Of a DNA stretch of 64,000 nucleotides, positions 25,463 through 37,100 are shown piece after piece. A program made the translations under genes and the position numbers. The stretch is from Raillietiella orientalis (lineage: Eukaryota). The stretch spans positions 558,001 through 622,000 of the forward strand of contig JAYWIR010000054.1 of NCBI GenBank assembly GCA_036172245.1, given 5' to 3'. The first letter of the stretch is position 1. Every line of letters begins with the position of its first letter. The notes beneath the pieces were generated by a model. The model was not told the DNA's origin. It searched no databases and worked only from the letters and a program-made list of their open reading frames with translations.

Positions 25463-25638
25463 CAAGGGTGGTTGGTATGGAAATGGCTATGTATAGGTGC
25501 CGGGATAGTTTAACGGGAATGACGACAGCTTGTGGTACAGTAGGTTGTTTTGGCTTTGCTGTGATATAATGGGGTTGGTTGTGGGTGGCATGCTGGAATA
25601 GAGCTGATGTAAGAAGAGTGATTAGTAGGCTGGAAAGG
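25463..25638. repeat. Right arm of the 176-bp inverted repeat (partner 24316-24491)
   Basis: Reverse complement of 24316-24491. Confidence 0.95.
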
Positions 25639-26399
25639 TCCCATCTCTGGGAGCGAGGAAACTCCCCTCCTTGCTTTCGGCGCGGCTGAATCCTCCCGAG
25701 GGAGGGGGCCAGGGAAGTAGGTGCAGAGGCCGCGTTGGATCCGGAGCTCGCGGTTTCCCGAGATGCGACCACCCGAGGAAATTCGCCTTCCGGGACGCGT
25801 CATTCCCGTCAGCATCCCTGAGATCTTCCAGACCGTCAAGGAGAAGGTGTGAATGCATTCACGGAGGATCGACCACGCATATTCTCCTTCCTCATCCCTC
25901 CCGACTCCCCAGCCTCAGTTTCGGGGGTTGCTACCCATGCGCAGTTGCCGCTGTAATTTTGTTGCTGTTGCCACGGTTATTTTTTATTTCGGAAGGGGAG
26001 GAGCAGGGCAGGATCCGGGAGCAACAGGAACTTCGAAAGCCTTATGGTGCCAGCGCGTGCAGCTACGGCGTCCTGAACTTGCGGGTGAAGCGAGAGTGGC
26101 GTGTCGTAGCCGCATCTTCCATCTCCATGCGTGAAGATGATCTCTAGCTTGGGGAGGTGGCGTTTCCGCAGTAGCGCCGTCGCACCGTCAGAGCACTGGA
26201 GGAAACCCTTCTTCCTTCCTCCTCCTCTTCTTTTCCTTCCTTCACCTTCTTCCTCTCCCTTCCTCTTTCTTTCTCTTCCTTTTTTTCTCTCCTCTTCTTA
26301 CTTCTTTCGTTCTTTCTTTCCTTCCTCTCCCTTCCCTTCCCGTTCTTCTTGTTGTTGTCCCTCTTCTTTTCCCACTTAAGATCCCTCGGAGGAACGTGA

Positions 26400-28060
26400 C
26401 CTGCCTCAGGAGCAACCCTTTCCCTCCCTCTGCGGCACGCCGTCGGAGGCTCTTCCGGATGCGACGTGAGGAGATGGTGCGACGAACTCGTGGGTTTCCT
26501 GCGACCCCGAGGTCGGAGGAGGAAAGACGGGGAAGGAGGAAGGTGTCCCTCCAGAAGGGGATCCCTCAGTGGACCCTGGGTGGTGCGTCGACCTTCCGAG
26601 AAAGTGCCGATTGCTCTAGACCACGGTTCGTTTTCCGATCTACACCCAGGACGTGGTTTCCCTCGGAAACGCCCCCCGGTTAGCTTACCGGCCGCTTCCC
26701 TGAGAGGAGGAGAACAATCCGGGGAGTTTCTTCCTCGAGACCAGATGCGCATTCCCATCTCGAATCGGGTGCGCCTAAAGCAAGTGCGACGGCCGTCCGG
26801 GGACCATGCGGCTTCCTTCATGGACCGATGGACAACGCTCGAGATCATCCGCGTGCATCCCTCGGTTGCGTCCACGGTGACGGTGGTGTCGAAACGGAGG
26901 CGCTACAGAGCTCACCCAGGCGTGAGCGATGGGAGTCACTGCAGAGGACTGTGGCTGAAACCTCCGCTGTCGTTTGGGATGGCACGAGCGAGCCCAGAGG
27001 CAAGGAAAGTAGTCGCTGAAACCCCGTCGGGTGCTGCAGTTCTGCACTCCGGACCACCGCGTAGGAGTCCCCCACTAGGGCTGCCGCTCGGCGCCGACCA
27101 CGAGGAGGCTGTCCTGTCCGCGGAGGGACATGCTTGAGTCCTGCTTCCCCTTTCGTCCTTTCCCGGGCACCCTGAGGATCTGGGAGCAGCCTGGTGAGTC
27201 CAGTTGCATTCCATTTCCGTTGCGACGACCGTCGCTTCCTGTCTACTTCGAGGCGCGAACTTCTCCGGCGCGGTTTCCTTTTCCTTCAGTCTTACCATAC
27301 GCAGGCTTCCCTTGCCCAGGGAACCCGAGACTTCAGGGCGCGCGTAGAGGAGCCGCCGCTTGGCGCTCCCGTCGGTTCCTGTGGCCGGCCGCCGCCCCGA
27401 CCCCGCGCGCTCCATCTCCCTGGACAGCATCCTCCCGGAAGTTAAACTCACACAGAAGAGGATGACATCGGGGCGTGGCAGGCGAGTCCGGGCGCCGCCT
27501 CCGGGGCGCAGGCCTTCGGTTAGGGGGCGACACCGCAGGGACCACCCTACGAATCCGGGAAGGCTCCTGAGGAAGGGGTGTCCTCTCCTTAAAGCTTCGG
27601 AGGGGCACCTCCGCTCTGATTGCCCCCGAGTTAAATCCCGGATGGAGACTCGCCCTTATTCTCTCCGGATGGGGTCGCTCCTCGTTTCCTCTCCGGAGGG
27701 ACTCCTGCTTCTCCTGGTTCCCCTCCGCTGAAGGGAACCCCGAAGCCGGTTTCTTTGAAGGGTCGCTCCCAACAGTCTGGAGGGGTGGTCTCCAGAAGAA
27801 GGCATCAACGCAACAGAGGGTCTACCTCCCTTCCTTCCCGAGGGGGAAGGGGACCCGGTCAGTGAACGGGGGCTATCCGGCTTCCCTCTAGTACAGCATC
27901 CGAATGGGACAACCAGCACCATCCTGCGGGGGGGGAATCGAAACTTCGACGATGGCGCATCCTTCGTTCTTGGAGTTGGTCCTCCCTTCACCTGGTGGGA
28001 TTCGAACCCGCAACGGTCGGGCGCGCGGAGTCTGCGGCTGCCAACGCAGCCCACTGGGGA
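26400..28060 (-). mobile_element. L1/Tx1-like 5' portion: tRNA-like head + decayed ORF1
   Basis: B-box at 28008-27997; shared body with 17575-16760. Near 26805-26770, CCCGGACGGCCG(T)CGCACTTGCTTTAGGCGC gives PGRP-RTCFR(C/R) with one frameshift, resembling the 'PGQPRTCFRC' zinc-knuckle entry of L1/Tx1 ORF1. Confidence 0.6.
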
Positions 28061-28229
28061 GTGGGTCCCGATGTCCCCCCTCCCCAGTTTGCATGTGCGA
28101 CTACTTCCTCTACCGATGAATCTCCAATCGTCTCTCGGCCGGCAACGTCATCTCTTCTGGATCTGGAGATGCGGCCAGCCTCCAAGGAAAACCGCATTAC
28201 TCTTGAGAAGAGGCGGCTCCTGGATTCCG

Positions 28230-28420
28230 GGAACAATCATGGAGTCAGCCGGCGGGCGTCCACCAGTGCCGCACCCGAAGCCCACAGTCCAAGCAGCTCC
28301 ATCCCGCAGGGGAAACTCGGAACCCACGACGATCCACCCGTTCCTCGGCGTCGGTCCCCTCCCCCGGGCGGGATTCGAATCCGCGACGCCTGGTGATACC
28401 GCGCGGCCGCCAGCCCGAGT
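28230..28420 (-). mobile_element. Isolated tRNA-like head of the same repeat family
   Basis: CTGGCGGCCGCGCGG...CCAGGCGTCGCGGATTCGAATCCCGCCCGGGGGAGGGGACCGACGCCGAG aligns with the heads at 17.5, 28.0 and 35.4 kb. Confidence 0.7.
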
Positions 28421-28429
28421 ATTTGACCG

Positions 28430-29340
28430 TGGTCCTCCCGGCATGCCTCCCGCGGAGCCGCTGGAAGGCGACGGGCGCTCGCTCCCAAGGTGACGCGCCT
28501 CCTTCCCCCCATCCCGACCACCGACCGCCGACCTTCGGCGGGAGCGTCTGGAACGCGCGTGGAGGTCCGGGAAGGAGATCTCGGGAGGGAACTGTCGCCG
28601 AAGGAGTGGGGCTGGTTTGCGAGACTCTCCCTTCGTAGAGGAATATAAGGCGAGGGAACGCTCGGCGTCGATTCTCAGCGGAGTCCCCGCCGGACGCCGG
28701 TGACCGGTCGCATAGCATCAAGCAGTAGGGCACTCGGGAAGTGAGGCGGAGAGCTGCCACCCCCTCAGGGAGGAAAACCCGCCGAACGGAAGGGATCTGC
28801 AGTTCCCGGAAGCGAATCTTACAGGAAGGAGATCTTGGTCTTCCGGGTCGTGCCTGCCCTCGAGCGCCGGGGTCCCTTGGCATTTCTGCCTCGGGATGAA
28901 GGTTTCCCACCCTTGGACCCGGTGGTTCCTTTCGTTTCGGCGCAGCAGCCGCTGCCTCGTGGTGCGCCGACGGACCACGCGAGGAGCGCGAGGCTTTGTG
29001 GCATCCCCACTTTTCCTCCCTGCTGACCCTTCGAAGCTGCCCAAGGACTCCCAGCCTTCTTTTCTGGAAGCAAGCGCCGGGCAGGGGGACGGGACGTAGC
29101 CAACGCTGCCACTGCTTCGGGCGTTCTGCGTGCCTCCGTGGGATGGGACGCAGCGCAAGCAAACCCGCACGCGTCAGGGGACGCGTGTCCGGGTAACCCA
29201 GCAACCCATCCGGGATGGCGTGTCTTTCCTTTCCGGGGCTGCAAATCAGCACCTTCTGGCTGTTCACAAGGTGTGGAAATAGCGTGGACCGCCGCTGAGA
29301 TTCCCAGGAAGCGGTGCCCATCCAAATACCGAGCAATCAC
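28430..29340 (-). mobile_element. Degenerate L1/Tx1-like RT C-terminal fragment
   Basis: Remnants ARYLDG/LGIW and CFQKRRLGVLGQL correspond to the 'KYLG' and 'PxxxGGLG' landmarks. There is an abrupt junction with AT-rich DNA at ~29340. Confidence 0.5.
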
Positions 29341-29519
29341 AAGGAATAATACATATGCGCATTATTCATATCAATTACATATACATATCAAGTATAATCT
29401 ATGGATTACGTTATATCAGGAAGTTTAGTATAAAAAGTAAATACCTTAAGTATTTAAATTGTTTATAAATATTGATGTGTATAATAGGCACATGCATTTA
29501 TTTTTTACAATCTTGTATG

Positions 29520-29543
29520 TATATATATATATATATATATATA
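29520..29543. repeat. (TA)n microsatellite in an AT-rich block
   Basis: Perfect TA run. Confidence 0.9.
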
Positions 29544-31975
29544 AAATATGATCAACAACTTATTGATTATATTAATAAGATGTGAATAAGTACATCTATT
29601 CTCAGGATATTGCTGTTTATAATAAGTTGATATTTATCAATAACTCTGTGTGTTCAAATGAATCTGCATATTCGTCTGTGTAGAATAAACACATTTGCTT
29701 ATTTTTTGTCATCTTTATCATATACATTAATTTACCTATACATAAATAGGTACGTGAATGTATATATAGATAAGAATGCGTATTTAGTTTTAATAATCTT
29801 TAATGTATACAAATCAAGAATATAGTCAGCAACTTACCGATAATATTAATGAATTGTATTTCAAAAAAACCGTCGTAAGCATATCTGTTCTAATGATATT
29901 ACAGTATATAATATGTGTGTTAGCAGATCTGGATGACTAGGTACATTAAAATAAATTGGCACACATTAATCTGTGTAGAATAAACACACACGTGTTCATT
30001 TTTCATGGTCGTTCGGGATTTTGCACCGGAAAATGCTAAGAGCTTAACGATAGGGAAAAAAAAAAAACTAAGAGCATTCTAAAAATCGATGAACTTTAGA
30101 GAGAACGCTGCCCGGCATTCTAAAAGCGGCTAAACTCCAAGGAAAATGCCAACGTACAGAAGTAAACACCACATGGATGTAGTAATCGTTACTATGCACG
30201 TGCCAACTGATAGAAAGCGCGTATCCTGAGGGCAGCAGGAGATGACATGCACCTCTTAGGCTTCCAAAGCCGTGGTCACCCGGTCATGGACGTGGGACCT
30301 TCCGAGGCCAGAATTGGGCGTCTCCCTTTCGGAAGGTAAGGGAAGACTCGGGAAGGCGCCGATTTTGTTCGCGTGGAAATGCAAGAGGCACCATTCAAGT
30401 GCTTCGAGGCAGATCTGGAAGGGCCAGACCACGCATCGACCACGCATCCCAACGCGTGCACCGCGCATCGCTAAAGCAAAAAGTGGAATCCCAGAGAAGA
30501 GAAACAAAGAACGATCGTTCTGTGAGGCCTCGCGCTTGGGTGGGGACCTTCCATGGCAACCGCACGCGTGTCCCGTTCGTGCTGGGCTGCCAAGAACAGA
30601 CAGCACCGAAACTGCAAGACAGCCCTCAAGAAGCGAGCGGGGCGGCTGTTTCTCTGAGCCCGAAGAGAGGCGTTACGAGGAACGTCGTCCACCAATTCCT
30701 CCAGAGCACCTGCGAGTCCCTAGCGAGCTGACCCTTCGTTGCCTTGGGTCTCGCCAGCGACCCCGCGCGAGCGCCACCCCCACTCAGGAAATTCGCGCCA
30801 ACGAACTGCGTTCTGCCTTCACGTGAACGCCGCCCCTCCTAGTTCTTCCCTCGCTCTGCCGAAGCTCCTGGATTCCGACCCCCCCAAAGTCGCCCTCTGG
30901 GACCCCGCGTGCATGCAACGGAAGCAACTCGTCTCGTGATTCACCCCGCTGACCGGTCGTTTATCCGCAGCGATTAGGACGGCACACTCGATTTGTTTCA
31001 GATCGGTTTGACCGACCTCTCTGCATGTCCGCGTATTTGTTTCTCGGTCGTATGTATCCCTGTGGGAGATGAAGGATGAGGGTGATTGGCTCTGGAAAAA
31101 GAGATATACGGATGCATGCTATGAGGAGGAAAAAAAAGAGAGAGAGAAAAAAAAAAAAAGAATACATGCATCTTCTTAGCCAAACTTAGCTATGAGCGAT
31201 TTTATTTACGTGGAAATTCAAGCGGACCATCATGCCATGCTTCGAGACGGATCGGGGAAGCTGCAGCCTGAGCGGTCTTTCCGTGCGGGTCCACGGGACT
31301 TTCTTGGAGCCGGAATTGACGGGCCTGCAGATTCTCTCCGAGATTTTTGATCTTTCTTTCTTTCTCTTCCTCTGTCGTCACTTGGCTGGCTGCTCCGTAG
31401 GCGCGACCGTTTCTTGAGGAGAGGAGCCGAACGCGCCCCAACGAAGGGCCCACTTTGCTGCCCACCTTCCTCCCAAGTCCACCTCCAGTGCTGGCAACTC
31501 AGCTGATAGTTCGAACAGGCTGAGAAATTCAACGGCATTCACGTGACCAAGAGGAAAGGAGAAATGAAACAAACAAAAAAGAATCTGTCATCCCTTGCTC
31601 ACGGAATCGCGAGCCGCATCAAGTCTCGGGAGCGGCCACCGAGGCTGAAGGAATCCCTTCGTGGCTTCCAGAATCTTGAGAGACGCTTGCCCCCTGACAT
31701 CGCGCTTTCCTGGAAAAGCGACGAGCGGGAGCAGCATCCGAATCCAGCGCCCACGCGGAGCATCCTTCACGCGCTGTAGAGACTTCGGAAACACGACGTA
31801 GCGTTCCCGGGAATCCCATTTTTTTCTCCGACCTCCGGTTCCGTCCACAGTTTGCCGACCCGGAAAGCTCCGATCTGCTTCAAATGCCCCAGAAGACTCT
31901 GCCGCGCCACGGCGGAGAGACTCTTTGGCACTCGTCTCAGCCGCCACGCGCAGGATCCTCATATAATGCGAAATC

Positions 31976-32470
31976 ATCCTTAACTCTTTGGGTGCGGAGC
32001 TCATCAGATTGAAACTCTTCTGCGTCGACGGCACGCAGGTCGCAGCCGCGACCTCCGTGGACCGAACGCTCTTTCGCGCGCTCTATCAGAGGCACCGACC
32101 GACTTTCTAAAGTGCTGATTCAATTTGCCATTGTAATTGTTTATTCACACCACATTGGATAGAATCGTTTGCTTTCTCCGAAACACATACGTTATTTTTT
32201 TCAAATCGATCGTTATAATTTGAATAAATCATTCACATTTTTAGGATATCACAGAGGTGAAATACCATACAATAAATTCTGTACGACACCGAGAGAAACC
32301 GAGAACAGTTAGGCGATATAATTAGAATTTTGTTTACTGCCGTTGCTAAGTGGATTATAAGAACGTAAGTGTAAGCGTCCATCTCAAACATTGACTTTTG
32401 GCGCGTGTACAATGTAAAAACAATTTGCCAAGCCCTCATGTGAGTCGATGCCGAGAATTTTCGCCGAACA
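31976..32470. repeat. Right arm of the ~500-bp inverted repeat (partner 23650-24160)
   Basis: Reverse complement of 23650-24160. Confidence 0.9.
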
Positions 32471-32504
32471 CATTTGTCCAGAGTAAAGGACATTCTGCAT
32501 CTCG

Positions 32505-32690
32505 AGTTATAGGGGGTGCCCCGGGAAGGAACCACCTATGAATCCAGGAAGGCTCCCAAGGAAGGAGTCCGTTTCTCTCACGCTTGGGAGGCAACCCGAA
32601 GGGAGTCTCTACCTTACTCTCCCCGGAGGGACTCTTGGTAAGGATCCGCTCCTTGTTTCCTCTCCTGAAGAGAACCCCGAAGCCTCCCGG
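32505..32690 (-). mobile_element. Fragment of the shared ORF1 N-terminal body of the tRNA-headed family
   Basis: AAGGATCCGC.CCT.GTTTCCTC..CTGAAGAGAACC.CGAAG is shared with 17110-17152, 27700-27745 and 35118-35160. Confidence 0.65.
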
Positions 32691-34198
32691 ACTGCTGGGC
32701 GGCGCCGAGGAAGGCCAGTGTGCGTGCCTCAGGAGCACTTTCGCGGCGGCTTCGAGGACTGCGCGGGAGGGTAGGACGAGCCTCTGGGCTGCGGGGCTCC
32801 TCCGAGTGCTGCAACCTGCGGTGCATCGGCAAAGCAAGGTCAGGCGACCGGAGGGACGATCGAGGAGGCCGCCTGAGAGCGCGCGTTCCCCGGTAGGGAG
32901 ACTGCGGTGGCCGGGATTCGGTCCTCACCCGCTCCCTCCTCCCCTCTCGCCGTGGATGAGCGGACTGAGCGAAAAGAACCGGTCGCCCCTGAGAAAAGGA
33001 AAAGAAACGGGCCGAGGTAGGTTCTGGATCGTAATTAGCCACCACCGGCTTCAGGACGAGCTGCGCCCCTCTCCCACTGCTTTCCGTGGGCTGTAGTCGG
33101 AACCTCCCCTTCATGACAGGGGACCCAACAGCCGAGGAGAAGATCAGAGACCCCCGTGCGAGGGAGCCGTTCCGACTCCTCTTCTAAGGTCCACCAGGGG
33201 AAGACTCTGCGGATCGTGTGCGGCGGCGTAGCTGCGGATGCAGGAGGGAAGGGGGGGAGCACGGTCGACGTAATCGGAGAGGCGATCGATCCGCTCACGG
33301 CCTGCACGTTCCCCTCGACTCGCGCGCAAGCATCTCACCGCGTTCACAGGTTCGGTGTGACCTTTCCCACCGCCGTGGAGGCTCCGGTCCTCACCGGGCG
33401 TCGCCCCGAGGCGGAGACGCAGGGAAACCGCTGGAGGGCCGGGCAGGAGAACTGCTCCCTCCCGAGAGACGGGGCTGCTTCGCGTGCTGCCACACAGGGA
33501 TTCCAGGGAGCCCTTCGGCGGTGGCAGCTGCTGAAATCCTTAAAATCCTCCCACGCAGAGATGCCGGATGCCTCCGGCACGCGGGGCGCGAGCTCTTCCT
33601 GATGCCGCTGCCGCCACCGCATGGAAGCCGGGCAGGCCTCGATCCACCTGCCAGCAGATCCGGCTGGAGGGGTCGGCAGCACAACGAACCCGGGAACTTG
33701 GCAGCAGGGGCTGCTGCATGAGGAGTCGTGCCCCGCCCGTCCGTCGTGGAAGATGCGTTCCGATCCAGTTCGCCCCCGCGGATCCTTCCGGGTCAGGGAG
33801 CGTTCCTTCCTCAGAGAGGGATGAGAAGGGTTCGAACGCAAGCGGCCGCGATTCCAGAAGGGTTCATCCCTTTCTCCTTCTCTGGAAAAGGAAGCGCGGG
33901 AAAGGGAATGTTAGTTCCACTCCAGAACCACTCCCAGCGAAGGACACTGAGCTGGCACCTCACACGGTGCCTCGCTGCAGTTTTGCGCACCGTCTACGCC
34001 TGGAATGCAAAGGGTGAGCCTCACGGACGGCGCCACCGGCACCCACGTTCAAGGGAGAGTCGCACGCGCGCGCTCGGCTTCGTGACACGCGGCACGCTAA
34101 CGGCTCCGGGGTCAACGCGCTCCCCACGAAATGGGGATCACGCTCCCTTTCCCACTTCCCGAGAGGACAGCCCTAACGCTCGTTCCTTCCAAGTTCAG

Positions 34199-37100
34199 AT
34201 GCTCTTCGTGGACGGCAGCAGCTCCGCGAACGGCAAGCAGAGGAGCGCGGACCAGCAAAAGATGAAGCAGAGGCGCAGCCGCACCAACTTCACCATCGAG
34301 CAGCTGCAAGAGCTGGAAAAGTTGTTCGACGAGACCCACTACCCGGATGCCTTCATGAGAGAGGACCTCAGCCAGAGGCTAGGACTTAGCGAAGGGAGAG
34401 TGCAGGTGAGCTCGAATCCTCTCTTTACCTCCTCCTCCTCCTCCTCTTCGTCTTCTTTTCGAATAGTTCCCACGACCCCCGCCACAGGTCGCTGCGCGCT
34501 CTGACCTCGCCCTTCGATGGCGGGCTCTGAGACCACCGAAATCCTCTCCCGCGGAGCACGCACTCGTTCTGGCTGTCGCTCTCGAGGAGCCCCGGAACCT
34601 CGAGGGAGCACGGGTGGCTGCATCTGCGAGGAGTTCCAAAGCGAGCAGCACCCTTTGCACCTCGGTGGATGGGAGACGAGGCCCGTCGCTCCGGAGACGG
34701 CGGCGCCGGAAGAGTGGACGTGAGGAGGAACCCGACCGCGCGCCCGCGCTGCCGGACGTTTTTCGAGTGGTGGATTCGCGTGCGTCGAGGTGGAACAAGC
34801 CAGTGACGCACGCGCGCGGCGGTGCCGGTACGACGTGCCCGTGGGGCGCGCCGACGGCCCAGCCCCTCCAGAGTGCGCCGCTTCTGCGCTCGGAGAGTGG
34901 GAGGCCTCCGTCCTCCCTTTGAGGTTCTTCGGTTTTCGCTCCTTTCCTTCTAGCTTGTTTCTTATTTTTGGTTCTCAAAGTGCTGAAGAACCGTCTGCCC
35001 CCTTCAGGGGGACTCACGAAGCTCTTTAAAACTGCCCACGCCACCCGGCGTAGCTCTTCAAGTTAGGCGGTGAACCTGAAGGGAAACACCTCTTCCTTAT
35101 TCTCTCCGGACCCCGGAAAGGATCCGGTCCTGGTTTCCTCCTCCGAAGAGAACCCTGAAGGGATGCTTCCTAATTTTCTCCTAAGGAAGCTCCCCGGAGG
35201 GAGCAGCGCTATTCTTGCACTCTGGAGGGGCAACTCCGGAGGGAACCGGCGCTCCTTTATTCACGGAAGGACCCCGGAGGGTCCACTTCCCGGGCAGTCA
35301 ACGAGGACATCCAAAGCCTGTAGACCAGCCTGGAGTCATCTTGCGGGGGTGACTCAAAACCCATGACGCAACATCTCTCGGCGTCGGTCCTTCCCCCGGT
35401 GGGATTCGAACCAGCAACGCCTGGTGGTGTCGCGCGCAGAGACCGCAACCTCAGGCCCGCAGCCAACGCGGGCTGTTTGTAGGTGGCGGGTTAGGGCCGG
35501 GACATTCTCAAACCCTTACCCAGCTACGGTGATGCTGGGATAACTAACTCGCAGCAGATCTTTAGAGCATCAATCACGTGTACACGTACAACTGTGTACT
35601 ATTCAAGGTCATGCATTCACCAAGCGAAGGACGACGTCCTGTATGGTCAGCGCAGGACCCGCCGTGCAAGCCCGAAATCCATCCGCTGGTTAACCAGCGT
35701 TGTGACCGAACCGGCCCGACTGAACCCGTTTCTTCTAAAGCTCTTCCACAGGCAGAGAGGGCAGGGGTGCCAGACGCACACGGGTCGGCGCGCCGAAAGG
35801 AACTCGCGGGGAGACTGCGGGCTCGCAAAGATCTGGGACTCGCGAGGATCCGAACATCCTTGGTTCCCCTGGGAAAGTACCACCGGGGGAGGCTCACTCT
35901 GAACCTTATTGCACAATGCACAATTGCACAATTAAACTAAGAATGGAAACCTTAGGAATCCACGTGGCTTTGCCAGGCGGCTTCCCTGGGAAGGGAAGGG
36001 GGGGAGAGAGAGAAGGTCACCTTGCTCTGGGTTTCCCCCTCGGCGCCGCTGTCCGCGACGAGAGGAGCGCGAGAGCGCGCGGTCACGTGATTGCTCCTGC
36101 CTTGGTCCAGAAAGTAGCTTCTCTCTCGCGCGCGCACGCGCGAGTAGGGGTGCCCTTAATTGACGAACAGGGCCGCGCGCATCTCCCCGCGGAAGGTCCC
36201 CCTCTCGTCTCTTTCCCCCACTGCGCCCCATTATTTCATATTTTGTTCCTCCCTCATCCCGGATCGGCCTCCCATATTTCACGTTGTCCCGCACTAAGCA
36301 ACGCGGTCCTGGCGATTCATCAAAACGCTCCGCTTAATGCGATTAAACTGCGGGGATTGAATTATGCAGAGCATAAAACAGTGATTTAGTGCTGAGGATG
36401 CGACCATCGCTAACTTGTTTATCCCTTGGGATGAAAATGACTCCATCGCAAATACGATTTTAAGCTGCAGAGGGCAGGAGCAGTTACGCCGGCGCGCGAG
36501 TTCGCGCTCTCCCCTGCGCACGGATGCTGCCGCTAGACAGAGGACGGACCGCTTCGTCCTTCCGTCTCCTCGCGGAGCACGCGGGGGCGGGAAAGATTCC
36601 TCCTCTCCCCACCCAACTTCTCCTCCTCCTCCTCCTTCCTCTCTTCCTCCTTCCTCCTTCTTCCTCCTCTTCCTCCCCCTTCCGTGGTTTCCGTCGCGTC
36701 TCTCGTGGCCCTAACTCTCCAGATCCCGACCGGGTCGCTCGCTCGGAGTCGGTAGCTCCAGGAGAGATTCCCCCGTCCCTCGTGTGCCTGGAAATGGAAG
36801 GGCCGCGCCTGTAAACCAGGGAGGGAAGCAGCCTCCCTCCGGCACGCGCGGTCCCCGGAGACCAGGTCCGTGTTTCTTGACCGTCTGCGGAAGGAATGCG
36901 ACAGCCTGGAAGCCCTCATTTGGCGGCCCGGTCAGCGGAAGCCTCACCCGAAGGGGCGCACCGGGAGCTGGCCGAGAGAATGAAGCCCCGCCCGCCTGTC
37001 CGCTCCAGGGGGCACTCATCTTCGGGGAGTTTGCTTGGAAGACGAGCAGCCAGCCTGAGGGAGGCTCCATCGACTGCGGAGGTTGCTGCAAAGCCAGACT

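Noticed and set aside
28245..29336. 363-aa ORF, and other long GC-rich ORFs between 12 and 43 kb, as intact genes
   Set aside because: Low stop-codon frequency in GC-rich TE relics explains them; LINE motifs are split across frames.
32660..32685. CTGAAGAGAACCCCGAAG resembling a minimal hammerhead core
   Set aside because: All four family copies have GAAG rather than GAAA, and no stems I/III. It is the antisense of the LINE 5' body.
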